The translations under genes were made by a program, and so were the position numbers. 64,000 nucleotides of DNA from assembly GCA_026390595.1 (NCBI GenBank), contig JAPLFQ010000033.1:26574-90573 (forward strand). The letters run 5' to 3'. Numbering within the stretch: position 1 is the first letter of the stretch; every line of letters starts with the position of its first letter. Below the pieces are notes generated by a model that saw only the letters and a list, made by a program, of their open reading frames with translations, made no database searches and was not told the DNA's origin. Shown here in pieces: positions 30,310 through 38,404 of the stretch. Source of the stretch: Ignavibacteriales bacterium. Lineage in GTDB: Bacteria > Bacteroidota > Ignavibacteria > UBA10030.

Positions 30310-31419
30310 TTAGTCGCCGAAGCAGATGCCGAGGTCTCTTGCTGTAAGCATCGTGTCGCAGTCAAGCGGGACTTTCTTCATGCGCCTCGTCGCCTGCTCG
30401 AGCGGAACATAGCGAACTGTCGGCGGATCGAGCGCAACCATGACCCCGGACCTTCCCTCCTCGAGAGCGCGCACGGCAGCAGCCCCAAATCTGAGCGAAA
30501 TAAGGCGGTCAAATGTAGTAGGGGACCCCCCTCGCAGGAGGTGTCCGAGCACCACGCACCGCGATTCGCGTCCCGTGAGTTCCTGAAGTTCAGCGGAAAC
30601 CCGCTCACCGGCTCCTCCAAGGCGTTCCGCCCGGCCAAGCTCTTTGGAAACAACTGAAACGGTTCCACCCTTTGGCTTTGCGCCCTCGGCAACAACAACA
30701 ATAGCGAAGTTGCGTCCGCGTGAATATCGGTCTTGAATCTTGTCAGCGACCTTCTTGAGGTCGTAAGGGATTTCCGGTATCAAGATTGCATCCGCAGTGC
30801 CCGAAACGCCGCTGTTCAGAGCGATCCATCCGGCGTAGCGTCCCATTACTTCGACAACCATGACTCGTTGATGTGCCTCAGCCGTCGAGTGCAGACGGTC
30901 AAGGCACATCGTTGCAAATCCAACTGCGGTGTCGAACCCGAATGTGATGACAGTCTTTTCGAGATCATTGTCGATTGTTTTCGGTACTCCGACAACTCGC
31001 AGCCCTTTCTGTGCGAGCGCGTTGGAAATCGTGAGAGATCCGTCTCCGCCGATAGAGATGAGGGCGTCAATTTTTTCTTTCTTGAATATTTTCACCAGCT
31101 CGCCCGTCCGATCTTTCTCATACATTTTCCCATCCCTGCCTTTGACGGGATACTTCATCGGATTTCCTTTGTTTGTCGTTCCAAGGATTGTGCCGCCAAG
31201 GTGCGTGATGCCCCGGACCCGGTCTCTTGTCAGTGGGATGAGCCCTCCATCGGGATATTGTTCAGGGAGTAGAAGTCCGTTGTAGCCGTCTCTGATGCCG
31301 ATGCATTCCCAGCCACGGTCGATAGCAGTGATCACCGCTGCACGAATGACTGCATTGAGCCCGGGAGCGTCTCCGCCTCCGGTATTGATTGCAATGCGTT
31401 TGATAGGCTTGAGTGCCAT
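30310..31419 (-). CDS. pfkA: 6-phosphofructokinase (ATP-type motif GGDGS)
   Basis: RIAINTGGGDAPGLNAVIRA ... ISIGGDGSL ... PKTIDNDL. PFK family signatures. Confidence 0.9.
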   Translation of the reverse strand: MALKPIKRIAINTGGGDAPGLNAVIRAAVITAIDRGWECIGIRDGYNGLLLPEQYPDGGLIPLTRDRVRGITHLGGTILGTTNKGNPMKYPVKGRDGKMYEKDRTGELVKIFKKEKIDALISIGGDGSLTISNALAQKGLRVVGVPKTIDNDLEKTVITFGFDTAVGFATMCLDRLHSTAEAHQRVMVVEVMGRYAGWIALNSGVSGTADAILIPEIPYDLKKVADKIQDRYSRGRNFAIVVVAEGAKPKGGTVSVVSKELGRAERLGGAGERVSAELQELTGRESRCVVLGHLLRGGSPTTFDRLISLRFGAAAVRALEEGRSGVMVALDPPTVRYVPLEQATRRMKKVPLDCDTMLTARDLGICFGD

Positions 31420-31440
31420 ACGTATCTCCTTTGAAAGTAA

Positions 31441-33837
31441 TCAACTGTATTCAGCTTCACGTCCCAAAATCTTGAATTGAATCCATGTCGCTATCATGAT
31501 GATGAGAAAGAGCACCCAGGACATTGCAGAGGCATAACCCATCCTCAGCTCTTCCCAAGCCGATTGATAGATGTGGTACACGATGACGTCTGTGCTTCCC
31601 ACCGGGCCGCCGCCAGTCATGACATAAATCGAAGTAAAGACCTGAAACGATGCGATGATTGAGGTGACAAGGATAAAGAACGTCGTGGGCTTGAGCAGTG
31701 GAAGCGTTATCCGCCAGAAACGCTGCCAGCTGTTTGCGCCGTCGATCCGGGCTGCGTCATGGAATTCTTCCGGTATGCCCTGAAGTCCGGCAAGGAAAAC
31801 GACCATCTGGTATCCAAGGCTGAGCCACACGGAAAATATGATCACCGAAACCATGGCCGTGCTGGACGAATTCAGCCACTGCACAGGACCGAGTCCCAAA
31901 AATCCGAGTACGAAGTTGGCCACGCCGAACGTGGGATGATAGATCCACATCCAGACGAGGGCAATTGCGACGAATGAAGTGACGCTTGGAAGGAAATAGA
32001 GCGCCCGGAGAAACGCGACTCCTTTGAGCCGCTTGTTCATCATCAGCGCCACGACGAGAGAAATGGCCATTGCGATGGGTACATTCAATGTATATAGTGC
32101 CGTGTTCTTCAGCGCATTCCAGAATGTCGTGTCCGACGCGAGTTCCCTGAAGTTCTCCAGGCCGACGAATGGTTTGTCCGGCACTACGACATCCCACCGG
32201 TGCAGGCTAAGGTATGCGGCAAATGCAATCGGCGTGAAGATAAAAACGGTCAGGTGGAGCAGGGAAGGGGCAAGGAAGCCAAGCGCTGTGCGTGTCGAGG
32301 CGCGCGTGTGACCGCGGGATTTCAGATACATCGCTCCGCATGCACTGAAAACTATGAATGTCACAACGATAAGGAACCGAAGTATGTCGGAGTGCTCTCG
32401 AATAGGCTTGAATTCAAACGCCTGGTGCTTTCGTATGTTCGCGAGTTGGGCATCGATTGTTGCTGCGTAGCGGGTCATTGTTTCATGAATCGGCTTGCCG
32501 TTCACCATAACTTCATCGACAGCATCCTGCAATGTCCATTCAACCTCGCTGAAGCGTTCGATAATAGAGCCCCACGGCTGACGGCACAATGGTATCTCGT
32601 TCGCAAAGGGGCGTTCGAGTCCAAGCAAGTCAGCCGCGACAACCTCCTCTGCCACATTGCGTACGGAAGGGATCTCAAGTTGTTTTGAGGCCCGAATGCG
32701 GTTTGCTTTCTCGCCGGCCATGAACGCTGCGAGAATAGCCGCTTCGCGGGGGTGTTTCGAACTGACAGGAACGCACCAGCCCGATTCGTACATGACGTTC
32801 ACTGAGTGTCCTCCGGGATAGTTCGGCATCGGAACCACTCCCACGCGGAGAGTCCCGTGCTCAATCTGCCGGAGTATCCGTGGCAGCCGCCAGTGTCCGT
32901 CAACCATCATTGCGATCTTCCCGTTCATGAAGAGCTGAACGTTCATTCCAGTTTTTTCTGATTGTATCCAGCTCCCGGTGTTCGGAGCTACCTTGTGAAC
33001 AGTACGCAGATCAATCAGATAGGAAAGGGCCGATTCGGTCGCAGGGGAGTTCAGATAGCCCGAGGCGGTCGTTCCAGACGGGTCGATGACGTCGCCCCCG
33101 GTCCTCCAAACCCACGGAATCCAGAAATAGAAATAGTTTGTGAAGGAAGTTCCATACTGATCTGGTGTCCCATCACCATCGAAATCAACGGTCGTCTTCC
33201 TGGCGAGGGCGAGATACTCATTCCACGTCCACGAACTCGCAGGATAGGGGAGATTGGCACCGTCAAAGATGTCTTTGTTGAAATAGACCATCAGTGGAGT
33301 GAAGCCCTTCGGAAATGCGAAGAGGGCTTCTCCTTTTCGCGCGATGGCGAGAACATTGGGATACCATCGGGCTGTGTCGATTCGAAGCTGTTGCACAAAC
33401 GGGTTCAGATCGAGAAGGATCTTTTTGTTCGTGAAGGTTGGAATAAGCTTGGAATCCAGCAGAAACACGTCAGAGGGATCATCTGCAGCGAGCGCAGTCA
33501 AAATCTTTTCTTCGTACTGTCGCCCCGGGTTGGGTTCGTAGAGAACGTCGATGGCGGGATAGAGCCGCTTGAATTCTGCGAGAGCCAGCTGATCAAGCGG
33601 AACCTCGTCCAGATCAGCCCAATCTGTGAGTCTCAGCGTAATCCGAGTCTGGGCATTGAGAGGGTGGAAGCACGCGACGGCGAGAATGAAGAAGCAGAAG
33701 AAGGTGAGTAATGTTTCAGCCAGTCGCTGTTTTGTCCCGCGGGAGAACACAGATATTTTCTTTGGCTGATGGTGAGTGTGAAGCAGACAATTGCTGTTAC
33801 AACGCAGTCCGCGACCCGGGCACTGCAGCCCGCGCAC
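31441..33837 (-). CDS. Fused ABC importer component: N-terminal extracytoplasmic sugar-binding protein (MalE/UgpB-like) joined to a C-terminal MalF/UgpA-like permease (798 aa)
   Basis: N-terminal ~450 aa is a family-1 SBP. A linking TM helix follows, then a 6-TM permease with the EAA loop (EFHDAARIDGANSWQRFWRITLPLLKPT). One continuous ORF. N-terminal signal-anchor. Start uncertain. Confidence 0.7.
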   Translation of the reverse strand: MRGLQCPGRGLRCNSNCLLHTHHQPKKISVFSRGTKQRLAETLLTFFCFFILAVACFHPLNAQTRITLRLTDWADLDEVPLDQLALAEFKRLYPAIDVLYEPNPGRQYEEKILTALAADDPSDVFLLDSKLIPTFTNKKILLDLNPFVQQLRIDTARWYPNVLAIARKGEALFAFPKGFTPLMVYFNKDIFDGANLPYPASSWTWNEYLALARKTTVDFDGDGTPDQYGTSFTNYFYFWIPWVWRTGGDVIDPSGTTASGYLNSPATESALSYLIDLRTVHKVAPNTGSWIQSEKTGMNVQLFMNGKIAMMVDGHWRLPRILRQIEHGTLRVGVVPMPNYPGGHSVNVMYESGWCVPVSSKHPREAAILAAFMAGEKANRIRASKQLEIPSVRNVAEEVVAADLLGLERPFANEIPLCRQPWGSIIERFSEVEWTLQDAVDEVMVNGKPIHETMTRYAATIDAQLANIRKHQAFEFKPIREHSDILRFLIVVTFIVFSACGAMYLKSRGHTRASTRTALGFLAPSLLHLTVFIFTPIAFAAYLSLHRWDVVVPDKPFVGLENFRELASDTTFWNALKNTALYTLNVPIAMAISLVVALMMNKRLKGVAFLRALYFLPSVTSFVAIALVWMWIYHPTFGVANFVLGFLGLGPVQWLNSSSTAMVSVIIFSVWLSLGYQMVVFLAGLQGIPEEFHDAARIDGANSWQRFWRITLPLLKPTTFFILVTSIIASFQVFTSIYVMTGGGPVGSTDVIVYHIYQSAWEELRMGYASAMSWVLFLIIMIATWIQFKILGREAEYS

Positions 33838-33879
33838 TAAGTCTTTCGCTCAAAAGATGACCGTGTTCCCTCAATCACC

Positions 33880-35073
33880 TCATCGGGCAGAGAGAGCCTT
33901 GAATACTTCCCTCGTCGCATCTGCCGCCGTACGGATTTCGTCCAGTGAATTATAGAAGTGGGGAGCGAATCGGAGCTTCCCTCCGCGCAGGGAAATGTAG
34001 ATTTTTCTTCGTGTCAGTTCTTCGAAGGCTGCGGTGGGGTCGACTCCCGACGGCGGCGCGATCGTCATGATGCCTGAACGCTCATGAAGCGCTACAGGGG
34101 AATAGAGAGACACTCCATCCATACGGTGGAATTCTTCGAGAAGAGCTCCGGTCAAAGCCAGCACATGGGACTCGATGACCTGAGGTCCGACTTCGAGAAG
34201 CGTGCTCAGAGCCGCGTGCATTCCCCACATGCCGGGGATGTTGACGGTGCCTCCCTCGTAGCGGTTCGCCGTCGGTGTGAGGGCCTGCTCGAAATTAAAA
34301 AAGTCCCATGGGTTTTCGACTGAAAGCCAACCAAGATATTTTTGGTGTATCCTTGCCTGGAGTTCTTCGGTGACATAGAGAAAGCCGATTCCCTGCGGTC
34401 CCATTTGCCACTTTGCGGCCCCGGCTGCCATACCGTCGATTTTCATCGCCTGGACATCCACGGTAACCCCTCCAACGGCCTGCATGGCATCTACGACGAG
34501 CAGAATACCCCGGGCATGGCACACCTCGCCGAGTACGGCCAGATCCGCACGGTATCCGGATAGAAATTGAACGGCGCTGATGGCCAAAATACGCGTGCGA
34601 GGTCGCAGTGCTGCGTACACCGCCTCCGGCCTGATGGTTCCGTCAGGGCAATGGATGATATCAATTTCGACTCCCTGGCTCTTCAGGTGATAGTACGGAT
34701 AGACATTGGACGGAAATTCGAGGTCATTGAGAAGGATCCGGTCTCCCGGTTTCCAATCGAGGCCCGACGCGATAACATTGAGCGCATCAGACGTGTTGCC
34801 GGCGAAGGCGATACGGTCGATCGATTCTGCGTTGATCATTCGTTGAACACACTTCTTCGTTTCCTCGATCTGCTTGACGTCCTCCCAGTAGGTCTCGATC
34901 TTGCCGGAAGAACGATCCTGCAAATGTCCAACTTGAGCACGCAATACCCGTGTCGAGAGCGGACTGACGGCAGCGTGATTCAGATAGATCACTCCCTGCT
35001 CAGTGTGCGGAAATAACTGTCGGAATTGCTGAAGCGGTTCGAATGGAATGAGACGAGCTTGGGGAGAAGTCAC
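33880..35073 (-). CDS. Class V aminotransferase-fold PLP-dependent enzyme (cysteine desulfurase / SufS-CsdA-like family)
   Basis: 397 aa. Typical fold-type I class V layout with a candidate PLP lysine (AAKWQMGPQG). First gene of the minus-strand carbohydrate operon. Confidence 0.75.
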   Translation of the reverse strand: MTSPQARLIPFEPLQQFRQLFPHTEQGVIYLNHAAVSPLSTRVLRAQVGHLQDRSSGKIETYWEDVKQIEETKKCVQRMINAESIDRIAFAGNTSDALNVIASGLDWKPGDRILLNDLEFPSNVYPYYHLKSQGVEIDIIHCPDGTIRPEAVYAALRPRTRILAISAVQFLSGYRADLAVLGEVCHARGILLVVDAMQAVGGVTVDVQAMKIDGMAAGAAKWQMGPQGIGFLYVTEELQARIHQKYLGWLSVENPWDFFNFEQALTPTANRYEGGTVNIPGMWGMHAALSTLLEVGPQVIESHVLALTGALLEEFHRMDGVSLYSPVALHERSGIMTIAPPSGVDPTAAFEELTRRKIYISLRGGKLRFAPHFYNSLDEIRTAADATREVFKALSAR

Positions 35074-35464
35074 GAGTGGCCGGTGATGTTAGGAGACGAT
35101 TCGTTCTGGGCAAGTGTACTCAAAGAGACACGGAAAATCAAGGATTTCGGGGTTAAATGCCGGGTTGTTTTTGGGAGTCAGGATGGCTACCATAGGTTCG
35201 ACGCGCTTTCCCTTCCGGCTGTTCACCCACCCGTGGGTGGTGGATAGAAAGATGGCGTCGTGCGAAAATTCACTACGTCAACAGACTGGTATTCGTCCAA
35301 TCTCAGGCCGGCAATCGATCCAATTTGCACGCTGCTGCAATGCAGTTGGATAGGCAACATCTTCACTCACTCCTGCGGGCAGGGAATAGGTGATTGCTTC
35401 GACTTGAATCTGGAGACAATTTGCATAGATTTGCTTTCTGTAACCCACCGTGGCCGTTGCCCAC

Positions 35465-36382
35465 ATGACTACAAAGGTCAAACGCATGAAAGTGAAACCA
35501 ATTCTGCTGCTCGTTGTTCTCCTGAGCTGCTATTGTTACTCTGCGACTGTTTCCATTTCCGATTCCTCCTCACCCGTTGTCTTGATTCGCTGTGACGATC
35601 TCGGCATGTGTCACACGGTCAATCTGGCAGCAAAGCAGGTGCTGGAGACCGGCATGCCAGTCTCCTTTTCAGTTATGTTCGCCTGTCCGTGGTATCAGGA
35701 GGCGATTGACTTGCTTAGACGGTATCCGCATGCATCTGTCGGCATTCACCTCACACTCAATGCGGAGTGGAAGAACTACCGTTGGGGACCTGTATCAGGG
35801 AAGAGCGCTGTACCAAGCCTTGTTGACAGCCTTGGTTTCTTTTTCCCCTCGCGTGCAGCATTTTTTGCTCACCATCCACAATTGGGGGAAATTGAAACCG
35901 AATTGAGGGCACAGATCGAACGTGCGATGCATTGCGGGATACAAATAGACTACGTCGACTACCACATGGGAACGGCGGTTGATCGACCCGAATTACGGGC
36001 CCTGGTGGAATCTCTCGCGAAGCACTACGGTCTTGGCGTTTCCAGGTACTTCGGTGAAACGGATGTAGACGGAGTGTACAGCGCTCCGATTGCGAGCAAG
36101 GTCGATACACTCCTTGCCCGGACACGTTCACTGCCTCACACATCCATCAATCTGATGGTTTTTCATATCGGTCTCCAGACCCCGGAGATGGATGCCCTCG
36201 AGGATTTGAATTCATTCGGGCTTCGGGAAATGAGCAAACATCGGGAGGCAGAACTCAAATCCGTAACCTCAGCATCGTTCCGACAATTGGTCGAGTCACA
36301 GCACGTTCAGCTGACAACCTACCGGGACGTCATCAAAGCAACAGGATTGACCGGTATGAAACGCCCGGTACAGAAGGACTGA
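35465..36382 (+). CDS. YdjC/ChbG-family carbohydrate deacetylase-like protein with N-terminal signal peptide
   Basis: VLIRCDDLGMCHTVN (YdjC-family DDxG metal-binding N-motif). Hydrophobic N-terminus MTTKVKRMKVKPILLLVVLLSCYCYSA. Start chosen among three in-frame candidates (35450 GTG, 35465, 35486). Confidence 0.5.
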   Translation: MTTKVKRMKVKPILLLVVLLSCYCYSATVSISDSSSPVVLIRCDDLGMCHTVNLAAKQVLETGMPVSFSVMFACPWYQEAIDLLRRYPHASVGIHLTLNAEWKNYRWGPVSGKSAVPSLVDSLGFFFPSRAAFFAHHPQLGEIETELRAQIERAMHCGIQIDYVDYHMGTAVDRPELRALVESLAKHYGLGVSRYFGETDVDGVYSAPIASKVDTLLARTRSLPHTSINLMVFHIGLQTPEMDALEDLNSFGLREMSKHREAELKSVTSASFRQLVESQHVQLTTYRDVIKATGLTGMKRPVQKD

Positions 36383-36387
36383 TCTCG

Positions 36388-37668
36388 TTGAAGACTTTCG
36401 CAGTCATCCTGGTCGCCCTTACGCTGAATTCCTGCGCGATCTCGCGCTACCTCGGCTATTTCGAGCTCGCTGAACGATTGTATGTGGCCGGTGATTACTC
36501 TCGCGCCATTGATATGTACATCGAGGCGATCAGGCAAAAGGACAAAAGGGCAGAATCCTTTTTCGGATTGGCGCTGTCATACTATCAACGAGGAGACCTC
36601 GAAGAGGCGATGCTAGCGTTCGAGAAAGTGATAGAACTTGAACCAAAACGCGAGAGCGCATATGAAAGGCTCGCAGCCGTTCATCTGGATCTGGGAAACC
36701 CTGACATCGCGATCGCGTTGTGTCGGAAGGCTATCGGAATGGATCCGGAATTCGTGGAGGCGTACAATACGCTTGCACATGGATTGTTCGAAACCGGAAG
36801 GACGGATAGCGCGGAGACCACATTCAAGTATTGTATCACACTTGCGTGGGGGATGTCAGCGCGCAACCGCGGGTCCGGGTATCGGACGCTGTATCTGGAT
36901 GAGCAAGCGGAATCCTATAACGGGCTCGGTGAGATTGAACTCGCCAGAGGACTCTATGTCCGGGCCTTGGAACAGTTTGGTTCAGCCATCAACCTCGTTT
37001 CCGATTGGGATACCCCATGGATCAACAAGGGGAGGACGTACGAAGCGATGGGGAACGCCGCTGCCGCACAGATATCCTATCTCCGCGCGATCGACTTGTC
37101 GGCGTCAAACGCAAGCACATACAAGCGGCTGGCCGAATTGTATCGGCGAATCGGTAAAGAGGCGGATGCGATCGACATCTACCGCTCGGCGCTTCGCGTT
37201 GATCGGACGGATACAGAATTGTACTACGCCCTGGCGGACATCTATGAGAAGCGTCACGACTATTCGCAAGCCACAGCTGCATTGGAGAACGTCGTACGGT
37301 ATGCTCCCGATGATCCTGCGGGGTATTTCCGCAGCGGACGCCTCTGCAACGCTCAATCCGAGTACGATCGGGCAATCGTCTACTTCAGGCAGGCACTTGA
37401 CCTCGATTCGCAGCATGCCGAGTCCTTGAACGGAATGGGTGAAGCCTATCAGGAAAAAGGTGAGGTCAGCGAAGCACAACGATTGTATGAAAGAGCAATT
37501 GCTTGTGATTCCTCGTTCACGCTTCCCTTGCGAAACCTTGGTTCGCTCTTCCTTTCTCTTGGGAAAGAGGCGGAAGGTATCCGATGCTACACACGCGCCT
37601 CAGCGTTGGGTGACATTGATGCAATGATGTTCCTCCGTGCCTGGGACAATGCCAGGAAGAAAGAGTGA
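36388..37668 (+). CDS. Tetratricopeptide-repeat lipoprotein
   Basis: Lipoprotein signal MKTFAVILVALTLNSC followed by multiple TPR units across 426 aa. Confidence 0.7.
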   Translation: MKTFAVILVALTLNSCAISRYLGYFELAERLYVAGDYSRAIDMYIEAIRQKDKRAESFFGLALSYYQRGDLEEAMLAFEKVIELEPKRESAYERLAAVHLDLGNPDIAIALCRKAIGMDPEFVEAYNTLAHGLFETGRTDSAETTFKYCITLAWGMSARNRGSGYRTLYLDEQAESYNGLGEIELARGLYVRALEQFGSAINLVSDWDTPWINKGRTYEAMGNAAAAQISYLRAIDLSASNASTYKRLAELYRRIGKEADAIDIYRSALRVDRTDTELYYALADIYEKRHDYSQATAALENVVRYAPDDPAGYFRSGRLCNAQSEYDRAIVYFRQALDLDSQHAESLNGMGEAYQEKGEVSEAQRLYERAIACDSSFTLPLRNLGSLFLSLGKEAEGIRCYTRASALGDIDAMMFLRAWDNARKKE

Positions 37669-37994
37669 AGTACGACCCTCTTCGAATCGTTCTCGTTGCA
37701 TTTCTTCCGCTTTTCATTCGGAGTGGTCTCTATTTCCTGGCCTGCAAGGTTCGTTCTATTCAGATATCGTTGATGAGTTGCATCGTGATTGCAGGTTCTG
37801 GTGTACTCCTCACCATCGTCCCTATCCCACTGCCATACGCGTTTTCGCGTCTGCTGGCGATTGGTCTGGCAATGTTTCTTATGACGCGATACACCGAAGC
37901 GGAACTTTTTCCAGACGTGGTGCTCATCCCGCTAGCCGTTGAGGTACTTTCGGGCGTACTCACGGAATTGTCGCTCTTGCCTTTCGCTTCCTAG
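37665..37994 (+). CDS. Small hypothetical membrane protein (109 aa)
   Basis: Three predicted TM helices. ATGA overlap with the TPR gene stop suggests translational coupling. Confidence 0.4.
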   Translation: MKYDPLRIVLVAFLPLFIRSGLYFLACKVRSIQISLMSCIVIAGSGVLLTIVPIPLPYAFSRLLAIGLAMFLMTRYTEAELFPDVVLIPLAVEVLSGVLTELSLLPFAS

Positions 37995-38170
37995 AACAAT
38001 CCGTTTGAGGGCGTGGGTTTCTTGCCTCGAATGAATGTCGATCCGAGCGCACAACGTCTCAGGCAACTTCTGCTTTTCAATCCGATGCAGAAATTGAAAG
38101 GCCGCCGGAAATCTCCTGGTCAGTGTTTCGCTGGCTGGCCAACTTGTTCCCGGTGGAATGCACAACAGTC

Positions 38171-38201
38171 TTGCACGCCCCCTGAAATTTCCGTAACTTT
38201 G
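38171..38201 (+). promoter_or_regulatory. Bacteroidota-type sigma-A promoter for tRNA-Arg (-33 TTG / -7 TAACTTTG)
   Basis: TTG at 38171-38173, 20-nt spacer, TAACTTTG at 38194-38201. The predicted TSS falls 6-8 nt later, just before the tRNA 5' end at 38213. Confidence 0.4.
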
Positions 38202-38212
38202 CCATTGAATAT

Positions 38213-38286
38213 GCCCCCGTAGCTCAGCTGGATAGAGCATCGGTTTCCTAAACCGGTTGTCGGACGTTCGAGTCGTCTCGGGGGCA
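38213..38286 (+). tRNA. tRNA-Arg (anticodon CCT)
   Basis: Folded by hand. Acceptor GCCCCCG/CGGGGGC, D-arm GCTC-AGCTGGATA-GAGC, anticodon arm TCGGT-TTCCTAA-ACCGG, T-arm GGACG-TTCGAGT-CGTCT, discriminator A. No encoded CCA. Confidence 0.85.
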
Positions 38287-38291
38287 CGAAA

Positions 38292-38327
38292 CATTGTCGA
38301 TTGTCGAATTTCGATTTCCGATTGTCG
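38292..38327. repeat. Three direct copies of (C/G)ATTGTCG within 36 bp, between tRNA-Arg and proS
   Basis: CATTGTCG (38292-38299), GATTGTCG (38299-38306) and GATTGTCG (38320-38327), in the sequence acATTGTCGATTGTCGaatttcgatttccGATTGTCGttt. Confidence 0.4.
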
Positions 38328-38404
38328 TTTGATCAGTCCGAAGTTTGCATCCCTGCTCATCGATCTTGAGCTAACCATTCACCAAATAACCACTTAGCTT
38401 TGCC

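Noticed and set aside
38213-38404. tRNA-Arg as an integration site for a mobile element
   Set aside because: No integrase, no duplicated tRNA 3' end and no atypical gene content downstream. The repeats nearby are short octamers, not att-like duplications.
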